Source: Anthoceros angustus | Lineage: Eukaryota; Plantae; Anthocerotophyta | DNA: 64,000 nucleotides | Direction: 5' to 3' | NCBI GenBank assembly: GCA_010909165.1 | Contig: VJWM01000260.1 | Coordinates: 123,007 to 187,006 of the forward strand | Shown: piece after piece, positions 61,501-64,000 of the stretch | Position numbering within the stretch: position 1 is the first letter of the stretch | How the letters are laid out: each line of letters starts with the position of its first letter | Position numbers and translations under genes: made by a program | The notes under the pieces: model-generated | What the model was told of the DNA's origin: nothing | The model's input: only the letters and a program-made list of their open reading frames with translations | Databases searched by the model: none

Positions 61501-61707
61501 TTTATTTAAGTCTTTAGTGGAAGAATTTTATTGAAGTCCACTAAAGACGGATTTCCGTCATGGGACTTGGTACTGAATAACTTGTACCATGGTGTGCCTA
61601 AGCTACTTGCTCCAAGGGCATCCATTCCCTTTAGGCACCCCATCATGGTGTGCCTAAGCTACTTGCACCAAGGGCATCCATTCCCTTTAGGCACCCCATC
61701 ATGGTGT
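61490..61707. mobile_element. Dispersed repeat copy 8 ((GAA)n left; internally duplicated; right end cut off at the gypsy fragment)
   Basis: Family core present; atggtgtgcctaag...ggcacccc occurs twice. Confidence 0.7.
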
Positions 61708-63410
61708 GCAGCAATATAGACGCTAGTCACAGGCCGTATCGCGTGCAAGCTCATCAGGCATAGGACGTCTATTACAATTCGTGTGTGGATACATATAGGA
61801 GCAGGCGTCTTCGGTCAAGAAAGGTGCCCGCAGCCAAGATTACTCTGTTTCTTGGCACGCTAGATTAGTTTAACCTATGGTCTAAGGCTGGTTAGTTCCG
61901 GGATTAGGGTTGAAATTTTATTATTATCCCAGATTAACTATTTATTATCTTAATTACCCTGGCTAACACCGATTAAATAGGATAGATAAGGTATTTACAT
62001 TGCACATATGTTCAAAACCTGCAGTGGGGTTTCACATTTGCCATGCGCGTGGCTAGGGAAACCGTAACTTCATCATGTCTTACGTGTTGATGGACACGAG
62101 GCCTGGCTCGTCTCTGTCTCATCCTCCACCGGCTTCGTGGCGGTCCTCCTCTGCCTTCTGTCCTCCTTCTGAAATTTGTCGTCGGAGGTGGGGGAAGTGT
62201 TCACAAAAATCTCTGGGTTCCCAAGTCGCAGTTGAGGCAGGTTCGCCTCTCAAGCTACAAATTCGGTGATGCGCAGCCGAGTCAGTCCCATCGCACGTGG
62301 TCTCGCTTGATGTGGGACATGGGTCCGCGGTGTGGGCAACGGAGTTGCGGAAGTCTCGAGCGGGAGTTGGTGAGCTTGTTGTGGCGTCGCTGACGGCAAG
62401 GCTGGGGACCAGATCTGGGCGTCGTTCTCGCACCGGTTTCAACATGGAGACGTGGAAAGTGCGGCAGAGTCGCCAATTAGCAGGGAAGATCAAGCTGGTA
62501 AGCAACTGGGTTGACGCGCCGTGTGATCCGGAAGGGGCTTGCAAAGCGGTAAGCTAGCTTGTCTTTCTGCTAAATCAAAGCTGGGTACCTGTGAGGCTTG
62601 ATCCGGAGCCAAACGAGTTGGCCGACTTCATACTGGACCTCACGGCGGTGCTTGTTGGCAGCCTTGGTGTACCGGTCTTGGGCGGCCTGGAGTTTCTGGC
62701 GGGCAAGCTTGACCTCATGCCACACATCCTCGGCGACCTCAGCCGCGCTGCGCCACTTATCCTGGCTGTTAGGCCACAGACCTAGTGGAGGGGGAGTCTC
62801 CCCATACAAGAGCTTGAAAGGCGTAACCTCCGTGGCTGCGTCCTTGGACGAGTTGTAAGCATATTCGAGCAAGGGCAGTAACTCCTCCCACCTTGTCTAT
62901 TTCTCGTGGGTGAAATGTCTGAGCATGTCTTCCAAGACGGTTCTTCCGTCATCCATCCGTCTCTGGATGAATACCGCTGACATATTGGTTTTGATTCCGG
63001 GGTTTCCGTGAAGTTTTTCCGAACACGGGCGTGAACTTCGTCCGGCCTGGATGAATATTCTCTGGTGCCCCATGTAGACGGAAGATCTCTCGGATGAAGA
63101 GGTTGGCCAGCTTGGGAGCAGTGACAGTGGACGTAACGGGAATAAAGTGACAAGTTTTGGAGAACTTGTCTATGACTACCCAGATGCAGTCCTTGCCAGT
63201 GTGTGTCCGAGGTAAGCTGGTGATAAAATCCATAGAGATAGATCTAAATCGGCCATGTGGAATGGGCAGAGCCTGTAGCAACCCTGGTTGCTTCTGGTGA
63301 CTGGTTTTAACCTGCTTGCATGACTTGCAGGAATGGACCCACTCTACACAATCAGCTCGGAGCCCTTCCCACTGGTAGTGTTCCTTCACTCGAGCATATG
63401 TTTTGTCAAT
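61705..63410 (-). mobile_element. Ty3/gypsy (chromovirus-like) 3' fragment: degenerate integrase, chromodomain remnant and probable LTR
   Basis: KTYARVKEHYQWEGLRADCVEWVHSCKSCKQVK (HHCC), SISMDFITSLP, WVVIDKFSK, EYAYNSS...TPFKLLYG, FHVSMLKP and ATWEP; several frameshifts. LTR limits (~61705-62036) are uncertain. Confidence 0.85.
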
Positions 63411-64000
63411 CCTGTGGGCTACGGACTTCCCTTGGGATTAGGAAATAAGTTGGGTTTTGTTTTTTTCGTAGGTCCGAGGCAGAAAATAAGGCGTAAAGGA
63501 AGGAATAGGTCAATACTCGGACTACACCGAGTGAGTCGGGACTCGAGTACACCCGGAGGAGCCACGACGCGGGCGGGCGGCCGGACCGCAGATGTGAATG
63601 TCGAGTAAGTCGGAACACTGGAGCAGATAGGATATCGCAAGTAAAGTAACAAGGGTTTGGGCGTTAGCAGCTTAAAATGCACCACGTGGGTGATCGGGAG
63701 GAGGACGGGCATGCGGACGAACCGTGAGGGGTGCGATTGGGCGCGGTGTATTCACGCTCCAAGTACAAGCGGGCATAAGATCGGAGACGCGCGGGCGGCG
63801 CGAGCGGTTCTAAAAGAGCAAGCCATGCGGACGGGCGTACGGATGTGGAAGGCACCCTTCCGCCCCGTTACCCGGCACGGCCGACAAGGAGGGTCATTTC
63901 TGTCGCCCTCGAGACAATACCGCAGTCGCGCTCCGCAACCCTCCAACCCCAAGGAAGAACTCGTTAATTTCCGGACGGACCCAGGCGATTGTGCCGTAAG

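Overview
64 kb of land-plant nuclear genomic DNA. It has many short (~60-110 nt) GT-AG introns and a PLS-class PPR gene ending in a DYW:KP domain with a C-terminal GRP, which points to a hornwort-like seed-free plant (inference). Genes, left to right: PTEN2-like phosphatase (-, 3' end runs off the window); C3HC4 RING protein (-); a PPR-DYW:KP editing factor (-) that carries an OSB-type PDF motif at its N-terminus and is interrupted by two frameshifted ~750-bp internal duplications; two copies of tRNA-Asn(GUU) inside a ~1.76-kb tandem duplication; VPS51 (+); an intronless LEC14B/DCAF11-like WD40 gene (-); plastid trigger factor (+); P5CS (+); a FEI-like LRR receptor kinase (+); an HSP20/ACD-like protein (-); and cofactor-independent phosphoglycerate mutase (-). 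Mobile DNA: one Ty1/copia element with both LTRs and a TSD but a scrambled interior; a chromovirus-like Ty3/gypsy fragment at the right end; and a ~215-bp hairpin-rich, (GAA/TTC)n-ended dispersed repeat at 8 sites. The best novelty candidates are the PDF-PPR-DYW:KP fusion, its array being reshuffled through microhomology, and the structured repeat family. All calls come from reading the sequence and remembered family motifs; no database search was run. Some frameshifts and duplications may be assembly errors.
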